A stretch of 64,000 nucleotides of DNA from Monocercomonoides exilis PA203. Lineage: Eukaryota > Protista > Preaxostyla. Position numbers and translations under genes: made by a program. The notes under the pieces are model-generated. The model was not told the origin of the DNA and made no database searches. It saw nothing but the letters and a program-made list of their open reading frames with translations. The stretch covers positions 1,364,001 to 1,428,000 of the forward strand of contig LSRY02000004.1 of assembly GCA_001643675.2 (NCBI GenBank), written 5' to 3'. Below, piece by piece: positions 36,501 through 56,147 of the stretch (position 1 is the first letter of the stretch; the number at the start of each line of letters is the position of its first letter).

Positions 36501-36536
36501 TAAACCATATATGCCCTCAAAAAAGTATATAAGCAT
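27576..36536 (-). CDS. Giant (~2960 aa) type I membrane protein: tandem beta-helix modules, TM helix, degenerate kinase C-lobe; 75-nt intron at 35490-35564
   Basis: The 359-aa and 2637-aa ORFs are joined in phase 0 by GTGTG...TTATTAG; repeated C..GGA/GGG motifs; TM TVIIIVLVVILLIVLIASILVTI then RWRK; RWKAPE, SVAFSIGMMLWECLTLKIPF, PNDRP; alternative ATG at 36548. Confidence 0.87.
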
Positions 36537-36610
36537 AATCTTCAGCATGCAGGAAAAAATTAATATCAATTATATTTTAATTGTGGTTTCCAATAAATGA
36601 TTATGCTTTG

Positions 36611-36794
36611 AAATGGGACAAAATATTTTGATTTGTGAATTTTGTTCCACTTAATATTATCTAAAAATTTTCTCAATTTTTAAGTTTTTTTGTATTTTTT
36701 GAATAGTTATTGAAGACTTATTATAATGTGAAGGTGGGAATAGTTTGGAATAAATCTCAGTTATTTTCATAATTGCAAAAATTTTGCCCCATAT
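36611..36794 (-). promoter_or_regulatory. ~185-bp inverted-repeat-bounded element, copy 2, 74 bp upstream of the giant receptor ATG
   Basis: Minus strand reads ATATGGGGCAAAATTTTTGCAATTATGAAAA...ATAAGTCTT...TGGAACAAAATT...ATATTTTGTCCCATTT, colinear with 10141-10326. Confidence 0.6.
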
Positions 36795-37294
36795 GAAAGA
36801 TTCAAACACTTAACACAAAATGAACTTCACCAAAAAGAAACTCCAACTCAGAATTAGCGTTTCGATTTTGAATATGGTTTTTTCAATTTCTGAAAAGTGT
36901 TAATTTGAAACTTCGAAAAAATTATTTTTCTTTCTTTCTTTCTTTTTTTTTTTTCATCGACCTACAATTGAACAATTCATTGAAATGTTCTAATCTTCTT
37001 TATTTGTTTAAAAATAATTATTCAAATTTTCATTCTTCAATGAATATATTTGTTTGTTTCATTGCAGCAATAATTACATGAACTTCAATTTTTCTTTATT
37101 CACTTGGAATGTTGAAAATGATAAAAATAACTGATACTCATAAAGTTTCAATATACCAATGCTTGCGGTCTCATCCTTGATTTTCTAGAATAATTCCTTC
37201 TTAAGCCTTCATCTCTCGTTATCATTGTTCCGATCAAAAAACTATGTCAGTATGGCTATTTTGATCAGAATTTCTAAAAAAGCAGTTCTTATCA

Positions 37295-38582
37295 ATGCAA
37301 GCAAAAGTCATTACCAGTCATTGCTGGAACGGTGATAGAACAAGTTTGTAGTACATCATGCACCTGTTTTATGTGAAAATCATTTGGTTATTGCTTTTGA
37401 TCCTTTGCTCTTTTTTGATAGAAATTGCCATTGTTCCAAACAGCAACATTGTTGAAATCTATAAAGTCGATGGATTTGATCCAAAAGACTGGAAGCTGGA
37501 AACACGTTTTCGCCCTGAGCATGCGCAGCTAATTACCTGCATCGATTGGGTTTGCAAAAATTGTGTTTTTGAAAATACTTTTTATTTAACAACTTCACAT
37601 TACACAGGCTCCAAAATCAAATAGGATTTTGACATGCTCACAAGACAGAAATGCGTATGTTTGGTCTCCTCCAACTGATCCATCTGGAGAATGGACACCA
37701 GAAATTGTTCTTCTTCGTTTTGAAAGAGCAGCGACTTGCTGCTGCTGGTGCCCTTCTGAAACTAAATTTGCTGTTGGTGGCTCGCAAAAGCATATTTCGT
37801 GCTGCTTTTATGATGAAAAGAACGATTTTTGGGTTAGCAAGCGTTTAACACGTCACAATTCGGCTGTTATGTCTCTTGCTTGGCATCCATCATCAATAAT
37901 ACTTGCGTCATCTGGCTGCGATTTCAAATCATATGTTCATTCAGCATTATTAGAGTCCGCTGGAGATAAAAGAAAAGCAACGTTAGATCATTTTGGTCTT
38001 GTTAAAGGATGCAGCCACGGAACAACAATTCACACAGAGACAACCACTGGTTCATGGGTATCGCTCGTGTTCTGGTCGCCTGACGGACTTCGTTTAGCAA
38101 TGTGTCCACGTAACTCAACTCTTCAAATTCTTCATTTTGATGCAAGCGCTCCGGAAGAGGTGCAACCCAAGAAATATGTTGTTCTATTGAGATCTTTACC
38201 ATTCACATGTGGTGTGTTTATCGACAACGACCACATTGTAGCAGCCGGATATGACGCCCAGCCATCGCTCCTTTCCTTCAACAAAGAGAAGGACGATTGG
38301 GAGTTCGAGCGCTTTTTGGTTGCTGAGGAGGCGTCTTTGGGAAAAGCCAGCGAAGCCCCGAAGTCAGGCGCTCTGGCAGCTATGGCGAGATTCCAGGCTA
38401 AAACGATGACCGGGCAGACTGAAGCAAGCTCTTCATCTTCCTCTTCCTCTGACAAGCCTGTTGACGGACACACAAACTCAACAACTGCGCTGAAAATTGC
38501 TAAGACCACTCCGGACGGGAGAGTCACTCACGTGTCATCATCTGGCTTGGATGGAAAATTGCTGATCTGGAAAGTCGAGTAA
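37295..38582 (+). CDS. ARPC1: Arp2/3 complex subunit 1 (p41/Arc40, WD40), 3 exons
   Basis: Spliced [69 protein letters not shown]-like EKNDFWVSK, SSSGLDGKLLIW; two GTTTG...AG introns. Confidence 0.93.
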
Positions 38583-39602
38583 ATTACAACGTCTATCTTC
38601 ATTTTCTATTTGGAAACTTCGACTTAAAGTAAATCAAACCTTTTTTTTTTTAAAAAAAACAAACGATTTTCTGAAATTATTCAATCGCCAATTGTTGTTA
38701 ATCTATCTTTTTTTCTTTTATTTGAGAGAGACATATCATTTCTAGGTGTATTTACAAACACAGCTTTTCTAAACATGATTTCTTAAAATAAAATTTTTAA
38801 AACTTTGGAAGCGTTAAATTCATCTGCACGAATGAAAATGATAAAAAGTCTTGAAACTCAAGAAACAATGAACCTATGGTGTTGGATGTTTCTCATTTAA
38901 CATTAAAAGCAGATATCGAATGGATTTAAAATGAACAAATTCTTCAATGAGTTTTGAATCTGTTTTCCAAAAATGCACTTTTGGAAAATAATTCTTTAAT
39001 GTGCAAAAACAACTTTGTGAGTTGAATTGGAGAATCAATTTTCTGTTTTTCAATATAAAATAAAAAGTTGAAAGATTTGACAATATTAAAGTCACACAGT
39101 TTGCATTGAATGAAAGTTTCACAATGCTTGAGTCATTTAGATTTCTAATTCACAATCATTTTCATCAACAGGAAACTTTTAAAACAAAAAAATCAAACAT
39201 CAGTTTATTGTTCTTATTATTCAGAAACAAATAAGGAATTATTGAAGAGAATAAATATTATAGCAATTCCAATTAATGATGATTACCACCAATAACATTC
39301 ACGAAAATTTCAAACATAAAAAAATAAATGGCAAAGATAACTATTGGAACATAAAAATTATACATAATTTTTTTCATCACCGATGCTAATTTTCAACAAT
39401 GTTCAATTATTAAACTAAAAACTGAAAATGCCAAAAATTAAGACAAAACATAAGTTTTTTCCTCTTTCTCTTCACATTCCCCTTTCCCCTCCCCTCTGAT
39501 CCAATTATAAATACTACGAAAGTATCAATAGCAACAACAACAACAAATGCAAAAACTTATTAATTTATCAATAAATGAAAAAGAAAAGAAAAGAATTCAC
39601 TG

Positions 39603-42600
39603 TCATTTTGTAAACGAAGTTCTCTTTCGCTTCCCAGCAGACAACGGATGTTGTGGATGTGCTGCTGTGTGTGATGCAGAGTTTGATTGAGGGCTCGCAG
39701 GAGGAGTGGAAAACGAGACAACAGATGAGCGTGAGGTGGATGACTGCGATGTGGCTGATGTGATTGAGAGTGCTGATGTGATTGAAGGTGCTGAGGTGAC
39801 AGGTGGATTGGATGTGCTTGGGGTGCGTGAGGAGGAAGAGGAAGAAGAAGAAGAAGAAGGATATGAAGAAGAATACGAAGAAGAGGATGAAGAAGATGAT
39901 AAAGAGGTTGGTGCTGTTATCTGAAGTGAGCAGGATGAGGAAGGAGAAGGAGGCGGAGAAGGAACATTCAAAGTGGTAGTGGAAGCAGCAGAAGTCACTG
40001 CAATAGCAATAGGAGCGTATGAACGTGATGATGATGATGATGATGATGATGATCCATTGTGGCTGTTGCAAAGTGAATTTCTCATGTAGTCTTTCGCTTC
40101 ATTTGCTGAATAAAACACGCAAGACGAAGGAAAGCTCGATGCAGAAGGAGGCAGTGGTGGATGAGGATATGATGAATCGTCAAATGATGATCCACAACCA
40201 CCACCTCCTCTTCTTCCTCCTCTTCTTCTTCCTCCTCCTCTTCCTCCGCTGCTGTTATTGCTTCCATCGTTATCATCATCATCTTCTTCATCATCCTCCT
40301 CATCATCATCAATCGATATCGTCAGCGGATTCAGGCGTGGCATCGCACGTCGTGTCTGTGATGTGCTGTTTGTCTGCGCAGCATCTGCATTGAGTGAAGA
40401 AGAGCCAGTTGGATTCAGCGCAACTGATGCTGATGCTGCTGCTGATGCTGCTGTCTGTGAAGACTCGCTGCACAAGTTCGCCAGAGCAAGAGGAGGAACA
40501 GTGGCAGAGACAGAACTGCGCCGCCGGGGCTTATCTCTGGAATTGCAAAGAGGATATGAAGAAGAAGAAGAAGAAGATGATGATGATGATGAGGAAGTAG
40601 AGGAAGAGGAAGAAGACGAAGGAGAAGTGGGTGTAACAGGCGGGCGCTTCGGATAGCGCATGCTCTCAGTGCGCCGCAGCGCTGCTTTTGGTGCAGTTTT
40701 ATCGGATTTATCAGCTTTCTCAGTTTTGCTTGTTTTGCTCTTCGGAAGCACTGCACATGATGCATTTGAAGATAGTTTTCTCTTGGCTGACGATGGATGA
40801 ACTTTGCCTCTGGTTGGCTGGTGCATCCGTGCAGCTGTCTGGGCACGTGGAGAAGGAGCAGCAGAAGCAGAAGCAGAGGAAGAGGAAGATGTTGTGAAGT
40901 TGCCTTCTTTGTTAGTTCGTGAAGTTAAGTTATTGTTATCACTATCGATATCATTCTCGTTCTCCTTGTTGTAATTGCCTCTTTTCTTCATCTTCTTCCG
41001 CATTCTGCCTTGTGGAGCGTGTGTCGATTCAGATGTAATGTTTGATGGAGTCGTTGAAAGCGAAGGGGTCGAAGGAAGCGACGAAGAAGAGACAGACAAA
41101 GATGACCGTATCCCTTCATACTCCTCTTCTTCTGACTCATTCTCTTCGTCGCCATATTCGTACGTGCGCTCTGTATTCTGCCTGGTGCGCCTGTCAGTCT
41201 CCAGCATCTTCCCGTTCTCTTCGTCTGACTCGAGGCAATTGCCATCGTTTCCATTGTCGTCTTCGTCGTCTTCGTCATCTTCGTTACCTTCGTCCTCTCC
41301 ACCCAGCCGGCTCCGCTGCGTCAGATCCTCGTCATTCAGATTCAAAGAGCGCACAACAGATATCTGCGATGCATGGGGAGATGGCAGCTCGCTAACTTGT
41401 GTCATTATCGAAGACGGATCAAACCCAACAAGACCTGAAGAGTTGTTCTGTGAATATGGCGTTTGAACAGAATTTCGCATGGCTTCTGCTTTTGCATATC
41501 CTTCAAACCTTTCTTCGTTTCCGTCTCCATTTCCATCTCCCCCACCTCCTTCCTCTTCCTCTCCTTCCTCGCAATACTGCTGCCCTGCATCGCCGCACTC
41601 CTGCCCTCCATTCTCTTCTTCTTCTTCTTCTTCTTCTTCTTCTGTCCCCCACTCCCCGTTCTTCTCCATCTCCATCTGCATCTGCTCGTCCATCAGGCGC
41701 TCCTCCTCGATCTGCTGCATCAGCTGCTGGTAGTGTTCTCTGGGTGTGGTGTAATACAGTAGCACCTGCTCCTGCGAGCAGACTCCGTTCATCACAAGCA
41801 TCTGCTGCGTCTGGAAGGAGAGAAGCTCTGTGAGAAAAGGGTGGTGCATCGGATAATCTGACGGGATGTATGGAATTGGCTGTGGGTCGTCGGGGTTGTC
41901 GGACGGAGGGAAGTACTCGGGAAGCTCAATTGGCCGCCAGGTTGGGTCGACCCAGGTTGTTTGATCTTGAGTGAATGAAGTGCAGAAAAAATTGTTAGTT
42001 ATTTTTTTAATGAGTTGATGAAAGAAATTGAAGAAAAAACAATTAGCTTTTTGGAATATGAAAACAGATAAAAAATAGATACCCGCCAAAAACTCTTCAA
42101 CTCCTTCTGCCTCTGCCATTCGTTCAAGAAGAGGAATCAACGAAGTCAAATCTCGATCTCTCTCATCATTGAACCATGCACCAATTCCGATTGTATTTTG
42201 GGGCTGGAACAACCCACATGTTAAATTGTTGTCAATGAGGCAAACACTGTGAATGGGCCTGCCCAAGCGTGATAAATCTTTAACATATGTGTCATTGTAA
42301 AAAACGCAATCGTCTCGAAACAACCGGTGTTTTACAACATGAGATCGATCAAGAAGATCAATGAGCGGAGATGCGTAATCAGAAACAGAAGCTGTAAAGC
42401 AAACAATCTCATACAACATCCCCATTCGTTGAAGAAAAAGATCAACACCAGGTCGTTTAGCAACATAAATCAACAGTGTCGATCCTTGAACTTCAACGGG
42501 TATAACATAATCAGCACGCGGGATTGGCTTTATGAAAATAAAAATTAATGTTTTGATAGAAAATATATCTCAGAATACCTTAAACGAACTGTGAACTAAT

Positions 42601-42954
42601 GTTTCATCCAGATCCAACACGAGACATTTCTTTGCAGCATCTTCTGGTAAAGGAGGAGGAATGATAAAATGATATTGCGGATTCTCAATTTCATGTACAG
42701 AAGCAGGAGGCGTTTTTTCGATTTGTGATTGTTCCTGCAAATTTGAAGCTGGTTTCTTTGGCTTCAACGAAAAAAGGCAAATACGTAATAAACAATATAT
42801 GAAAAATGTATGATAATGATAAAATTTATCTCAACATTTGAAAATAACCAAAATAAATAGATAAAACCATTGGTGAAATTTCTGGGTCAGGATTTGGAGG
42901 AAGCGGCTCGGAAACTTGCTGGGATATATCATTTTGTGAAGTGCATAATCCCAT
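39603..42954 (-). CDS. CTD small phosphatase (SCP/Psr1-like, FCP1/NIF domain) with a long low-complexity tail, ~4 exons
   Basis: [57 protein letters not shown]; start MGLCTSQ at 42954. Confidence 0.88.
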
Positions 42955-43196
42955 GTCAACTTTTGAAGCACGTCGTTTTTCAGTGTTTAAGAAAAAGAAA
43001 AAACAAAGCGATCGTATCCATTATGTAATAAATTAAAATAAAATATCAATTTCACCAATATTTGTCAAAAAATCATTTAACAAAACGTGCAAAACAACAA
43101 CAATAACAAAATAAGCACAATCAGCAGCTCCAATGAAGTGACTATAAGTACGATAAGAGAGAAAAAAAATATGAAGTGAAGAAAAAGATATGATGA

Positions 43197-45307
43197 TCAT
43201 CTTGAATTTTCTTCTTCAACGTCTCCTTTGAATTGCTCAACTTTTTTCAAAATCTCCTTTTCGTAATCAGGATGTGTCTGCCTCACGATTTCTTCAGGGA
43301 AGCACGTAAGTATTTTGTCCACTGCAAGAGCAAGCTTCGAAGAAGGCTCGACAAGTGTCTTTAGATATTGCACTCTTTGAAGTCCTCCACATTGCAAAAA
43401 GCGTCTTGTTTCTGTCTGATACTGTGCGAGTGAAATGGAAGACAGATCATGCGAGGCAGAAGAAGACTTCATTGATGATGGAGAGGCGCTGGCTGATCGC
43501 TCGCCCGCTCTGCTTTGAGAAGCTGACTGTGCTTGCTTTTTCCCCTTTTTTGTGGCAGATCCTTCTCTTTCTTGTGCTTCCATTTCCCTTTGCCTGTCTT
43601 TCTCTCTTTCCAGCTGCGCGCGTATTCTATCCACAGTCTGCTTCTCGTTTGGCAGCTTCTTCGCATACTGCTCCACCACATACCGCACCACCTCCATCGG
43701 CGTGTCATCTGCCATCAAAAGCGGCTCCAGGGCAGGAAAGAAGATGCACTTCGAGATGATCCCCTTCAAAGCTGTCTGGCACTTGTCAAACAGATCGTCC
43801 GACGCCTGCTCGTGCATCATCACCGCCACCAGCTTCACCAAGCACAGGTCTTCCGATGCCACCTGTCGCGCGTGCTCTGTCGAATGCCTCCCAATCTGCC
43901 CCAGCGTCCACGCTGCTGCCGACTTCACAGATTCCTCAGGCTCTGCCACAAGCGCATGCAGCAGCGGCAGAACGGCTTTGCTCGACAGCACAAGCCAGGC
44001 AAGCGTTTCAGAGTAGGCAGCAATGTAGCCCAGTGTCATTATGCCAGAAATGCAGTCTAAGCCAACTGTGTCATTTACAAATGTCACAATGCCTGGAAGT
44101 CCTCCACAATCAACTATCTTTTTTGAAAGCTATAATTTTTTTATTTAAATAAATGAATCCGATTATTTCATCAAACAATAAATGACCAATAAAGCTATTC
44201 AAATTTCCTGTCAAACCTCGAGTGAATGCTTTGATATCTCTCGAATGCAAGTTGCTGCATTCTTCCTAACAACAGGATTGAGATCGCGTAAGCAGAAAAC
44301 GATAGCTGGAAGAATTTGCGCCTCGTCCACCTGCTCTGCGAGATCAATTGAATGCCGCGATATGTTTGCTAAGCACTCAGTTGCATGCTCCTTCAATGTC
44401 GTGTCGCTGTGTGAGAGCGAACGAACAAGTGGAACAATTCCATTTGCATCAGACACCAGCTGTGCCAAATCTGCTGTGTGCTTTGCAATTTGCGTCACAG
44501 CAGCCGTTGCAGCTCGTTTAACATTAAGCTGAATTCATTTAAAGGCAACAGAATAGAAAAATCAAAAGCAAAATATTTAAGCCCAAATAAATTAAAAAAT
44601 AGCACAAGATAAATACCTCTGGGGCTGAAAGGCAAGTGACAATGTGTGGAAGTGCTGCTTCATCTGTGACGTGAGTGGCTAGTTCTGCATTGTGTGATGC
44701 AAAACTTTCAAGCATATTTAAAGATGCTTCTCTCAGTGAAGCGTCTTCGTCCTCTATATAAAACAATGAAATTTGAGATCGTTAATAATTAACAGTCAAA
44801 AGTCCAATTAAAAAATAAAAGCTCTAAAAAGCGTACGCAATAGAGCAACAAGGGCTGGCAAAGCATCACAATCAAACACGGAATTTGCAAGCTCTGGACT
44901 ATGTCTAACAATGGAATTTAAGGCATTCACTGCTGATTTTCTGTTAGCAACCTTTACATTCAAAAAATAAGAGTATGTAATGACAAATATAATTAGTATT
45001 CTTCAGTGAAGTTAATGCAAACTGTTCCTTCGCTTAAGCGTGAAACAAAAAGTGGAATCATATTGATTTCAACAACAGCATTAGCAACATCTTCTGACAT
45101 GTCCGTAAGTTGTGTTAAAATAGAAGATGCGGATACACGTATTGTCGGAACAGGGTCTGAAATTAAAGGCTTCAGGAGTTGAACAGATTGAGCAGCTTTG
45201 AAAGCTTCCAAATTCACGGGGTCACGCACAAATTTTGAAGCTTCTTGAACAAATTCAAGACGTGCTTGCTGAAATTCAGAAAATGCTTGCTCGATTGTAA
45301 GAGACAT
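43197..45307 (-). CDS. SPAG6: Axonemal central-pair armadillo protein SPAG6/PF16-like, ~5 exons
   Basis: N-terminus QAFSEFQQARLEFVQ; ARM repeats IAKHTADLAQLV, ISRHSIDLAEQV, VRKNAATCIREISKHS, GIMTLGYIAAYSETLA, AAAWTLGQIGRHSTEHA; C-terminal FPEEIVR..HPDY. Confidence 0.88.
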
Positions 45308-45573
45308 GGTTCTGTTCTTTCGTATTTATACAACAGAAAACAGATTTTTTGATTGAATGAACGGTCAAAAAATATAATAAAGGTTTAAAAATGTGAATTG
45401 AAAAAACAATCGACAATTGTATTTGTGTAATATGCAACATGTGTGCATCTGTTTTTGTATGAGAATAAATAACTCCAATGATCTCACCCTTATCGCTGAG
45501 TTAAACACAACAACGAAAAAAGAGCTGCATTTTCCCGGTACCCTCAAGTTAGCGATATTTGTTTCTCATCAAT

Positions 45574-51993
<6,420 letters not shown>

Positions 51994-52678
51994 TTGAAGT
52001 TACCCTCTGGTATTCAATTTGTTGAATATGGATATATTTTTTTTATTTCTTTGTTTCTTTGTTTCTTTTTCTTTTCTTTTCATTTTTATTTTTTTCCTCT
52101 TATTTCTGTTATTTTATTGCTTTGTTAAAAATAATGAATGGATTTATTTTTATTTTCAAATATTCTTTATTTGTGACATTTTTATAAAAAGTCTGTTGTT
52201 AGAGTATTATGAAATAATCTGTTGTTTTGTTTCGCTAAATGTTTTTTTTTTTGCCTGTTTGTTTGAATATTTTATTCTTTTTTACAATAAATTGATAATT
52301 GTTGCCTTTCTTCGATATGGATGATAATCTTTATTTTGAAGCAGCACAAATGAAATTCGCTTTGTGAAAACAGTGAATTTTGTGTTTGTTTGTTTGTTTG
52401 TTCATTTTGCTCATAATTTTTTATTCGGTTCATGTTTTCCATATCACTATTTTCATCCACTTCGGCAATTGGAATTTTGTTTCAGTTGTTATGAAGCAAA
52501 AAAAGATCCACTATGAGCGAAATAATTCCTTTCATTTTTGATGCTGAAGTGTGCTCTTGAGACAACAGTTGGAATTGACATATCAAAAGTTCATTAAAGT
52601 TTTCAAAAAAAAACTGAATCTATATAGTATGGCAACGAAGATCAGAAAATTATAATTTGCTCGATTATATAATAATTG

Positions 52679-55556
52679 ATGGCAGATAAGCAACAAGACC
52701 TTTCAGAAAGTCTAAGACGCATTTGTAAGGAAGGATTAGCAAAAGCACTGCAGAAAGTATTGTGATATTCTTTCAGTTTAACATCATGTTATCATTTCAT
52801 TTTAATTTTTTAAATTTTGTAAATTGAAGATAAATGGAACAAAATTTTTGTTAGTAGATAAAAAGGCTTTTTGCCCATTGGAGTTTATGGGGGTCTCTGC
52901 CTTATTCAAGGTATTCTTGAAATTTGATTTATTAAACTTTAAATTGCCTTGACTTTTAAAGGAACTTGGAGTTGAAGGAATAGCACGTCTTACAGACGAT
53001 GTTCCACCTGCGAGTTCACAGAATTTTGTTTTTATTATTAGGCCATCTGTTTCATGTGTCAGAAATGTTATTTCTGTTGTTCGTTCTTCACCTAGCAAAA
53101 CTCATTTCATTCTTTATGCACCCGCAGAACTACCGTTTTGCAAAGACATGTTCAAACAAGCTGCAGTTTATGGATCTTTGACCGTAATGAACTCTGATTG
53201 GAACTGGATCCCGTTAGAGGAAAATCTAATTTCTATGGAAATGGATACGTTTTTCCGACATACCATTGTTGACAACGATTGGACTCCATTATATCAGTTA
53301 ACTTCAGCCCTTCAACAATTATTTGATCTCAATAAGCGTCAATCGGTCGGACGTATTTTGACAAAAGGAGAGTTGAGTCGTTTTGTTGCAGAAAGACTGA
53401 TGGAAAATCTAACTAACGCTGGTTCAACTCCTCCGATGCGAGGTACTGAAGCCTTCAACTGTCCTCTTTTGTTTGACTCGATGATTTTGATTGATCGAAC
53501 ATGCGATCTTGTCTCTCCTTGCCTAACACAACTGACATATCTTGGGCTGATTGATGAGTTTCTTAACATCCAGACGGCTTGTGTAACAACAGAGAATGCA
53601 GAAACTGGGAAGCCGCAGCGGTCGTATTTCAGGCCAAACGATCCGATCCTCTCGGAGATTGAAGACTTGAGCTTCAACGACGTGGGGAAGATCCTCCACG
53701 AAAAGGCTGTGGAACTGTCGACGACAATTGACGTGTGTGGAATGTGTTGTGAATATGAATATCTTTTTTTTGTTGTTGTTGCTTGTTTGTTATATTTTTT
53801 GTTTGTGATTTTGTTTATGCATATTTATGTCATTATGATTGAATTCATGATCATCAACATTATTTTTGTGTATTTTTAAATATATGTGCGTGTATATATG
53901 AATGTCTGTGTGTATTTATGACATTCACAGAAAGGCCGCTCCGCAGCAGACATGGTGCAGCTGCACTCCTTCGTGAAGAAGCTGAACAACGTGACGATGG
54001 CGCAGCAGAGCCTGTCTCTGCACACGCACCTGTCTGAGCGCATCAAGAAAGTGGTTGCTGAGCGGCGGTTCCACGAGCAGCTCGAAGTGGAGCAATCACT
54101 TCTGCTGGGGCAGGACAATGTGGGCATTGGTGGGCTTACGGGGACATCGTATTCGGAGGCTGGGCAGTACTCTGCCGAGATGGAAGGCGGGAAGCGCGGC
54201 TTCTTCGGGTCAGGGAGTGTGGTGGAGGACTATCTGGAGGAGAAGATGGCGTCTGGTTCGTCCCCGTGGAAAGTGCTGAGGCTGATGTGCTTGTACACAC
54301 AGACTGTGCCGAACATCAAGTCGTCGCTGTACGAGGCGATGAAGACGGCTTTCCTGCAGACGTATGGCTATCACCACGTGCACACCCTGGCACATGCAGA
54401 GCAGTGCGGCCTGCTTCGCCACGCGGAGGCGAAGGCGTCGGCGAATTGGAACTACAAGAAAGTGTCTGAGGGGATTAGGCTGTTTGTGGATGAAGATCCT
54501 GCACGGCCGGATCCAAGTGAGGTTGCTTATGTCTTTGCTTGGTGTGCAATTTTTTGTTCTCTTAATCTTTCTTTTGATTTTTATTTTATTTGGTTTTATT
54601 ATTAAAATCCATTTATTTGTTAAAAATTGAAATTGTATTTCAAATCATTCTTGTATTTCATTTCTGGCTATTGTAAATCATCCAAATGCATTCATCCTCC
54701 TCCTCCTCATCATCATCATCACATCTATCTCCTCAGCTACGCACCTCTCTCTGTCCGTCTTCTTCAGTATGCCTTCCAACCACGCAGTGGCTGGATTGTC
54801 CCACCAGCAGAAGGAGCGCTGGCTTCAACGCCTGGCAGAACACACGGATACATCATTCGCTATGATTCATCGTCATCATCATCATCTTCTTCTTCTTCTT
54901 CACCTGCTTCACCTCAATCACAGACAAAAGATAGAATTCCTCTTTCTGGTGGAATTGATATTGGAGCTATTCTCGAAGCACTGCCACCTCCACAAGAAGC
55001 TTCTGCCTTGACATCATCATCTTCATCATCATCAGCTTCAGCTTCTTCTTCCTCTTCTTCTTCTTCTGCCTTTGGCGGCTTTCCTTCCTCTTCTTTGCCT
55101 TCGGACGCCTCATCCCCTTCAGCTGCAGCGCCTGCCACTGCCCTTGCCCCTCCTCCGCCTGCTGTTGCATTCACTGCGCCAGTCAACGGAGCAGTCACGA
55201 AGAATGGTGTGAAGATTATCGGAGACACACGAGAAGCATTCATCCCATTCGATTCTTCTATGTCTTCTTCTCCTTCTCCTTCTTCTTCTTCTTCCTCTTC
55301 TTCTTCTTCCTCTCTGAACACCTCTGCCACTCTCATTGTGTTTGTGGGTGGGGTCACCTATGCAGAAGTAGCTGCTCTTCGCCACTGGGCAAAGACATCC
55401 AATCCGCCCAGACAGATTCTCATTGCCACAACAGGCGTGATGAATGGCAACCGCTTCATGGAGACGCTGCGGGAAGACGTAGAGAACAAGCTGAGGTTCA
55501 CAACAGATCAGCCCGTGCCGGACGAATTCGACGAGCCGAAAAGAGGGAAGAAATGA
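52679..55556 (+). CDS. VPS33: Sec1/Munc18-family protein Vps33 (HOPS/CORVET), multi-exon
   Basis: DWNWIPLEENLISMEM, MILIDRTCDLVSPCLTQLTYLGLIDE, FLQTYGYHH, YAPLSVRL, LIVFVGGVTYAEVAALR, ILIATT. Confidence 0.88.
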
Positions 55557-56147
55557 AATTATTGCTTTTCTATAAAATTTTTATTTTTTCTTTATTTTTT
55601 GAATTATTTTTTTTCAAAATTGATCGATTTTTTAGGTTATTTTCATAATTTCTGATTGAGTGTTTTGTACTTGTCATAAAACGAAATCATGTCATTGTTG
55701 TTCTTTCATTTCATGCTTACTGTGCAATTTCTTTATTTTGCTTTTTTTGAATCAAACAAGTTATTCCCTGCTTTATATTGGGAAAAAAATTTTTTTTTCA
55801 CTCTTTTTTCGTTAAATGCAAATGTTTGTTGAAAAAAGAAAAAGACCTTATCATTTATAATTTTCAATAATTTTAAAATTCCCTATTGTTTGCTTTATTG
55901 CAAAATGATGAATGTTGCGTGATGTAAAATTTCTTTTTATTCTATCAAAATTTCTTGATTTTTCGAAAAGTCTTATTTTCGAAAAACATGACATCCAACG
56001 ATTTATTCAATAAATAAAAGCTCAAAAGTGTGTTTATATAATATATAGATGAAAAATTTCAGGGAATAAGAACTTTTCGCCAATAATCCAAATCCCGCAA
56101 CAATATTTTTCAATTTTGATCATGAAACCCTTCCAGTTTAGCATCCG

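Noticed and set aside
52019-52324. Hydrophobic Phe/Leu/Ile-rich ORFs (also 60183-60572, 7250-7459, 39568-40071)
   Set aside because: Translations of T-rich UTR, intergenic or low-complexity sequence, not credible membrane proteins
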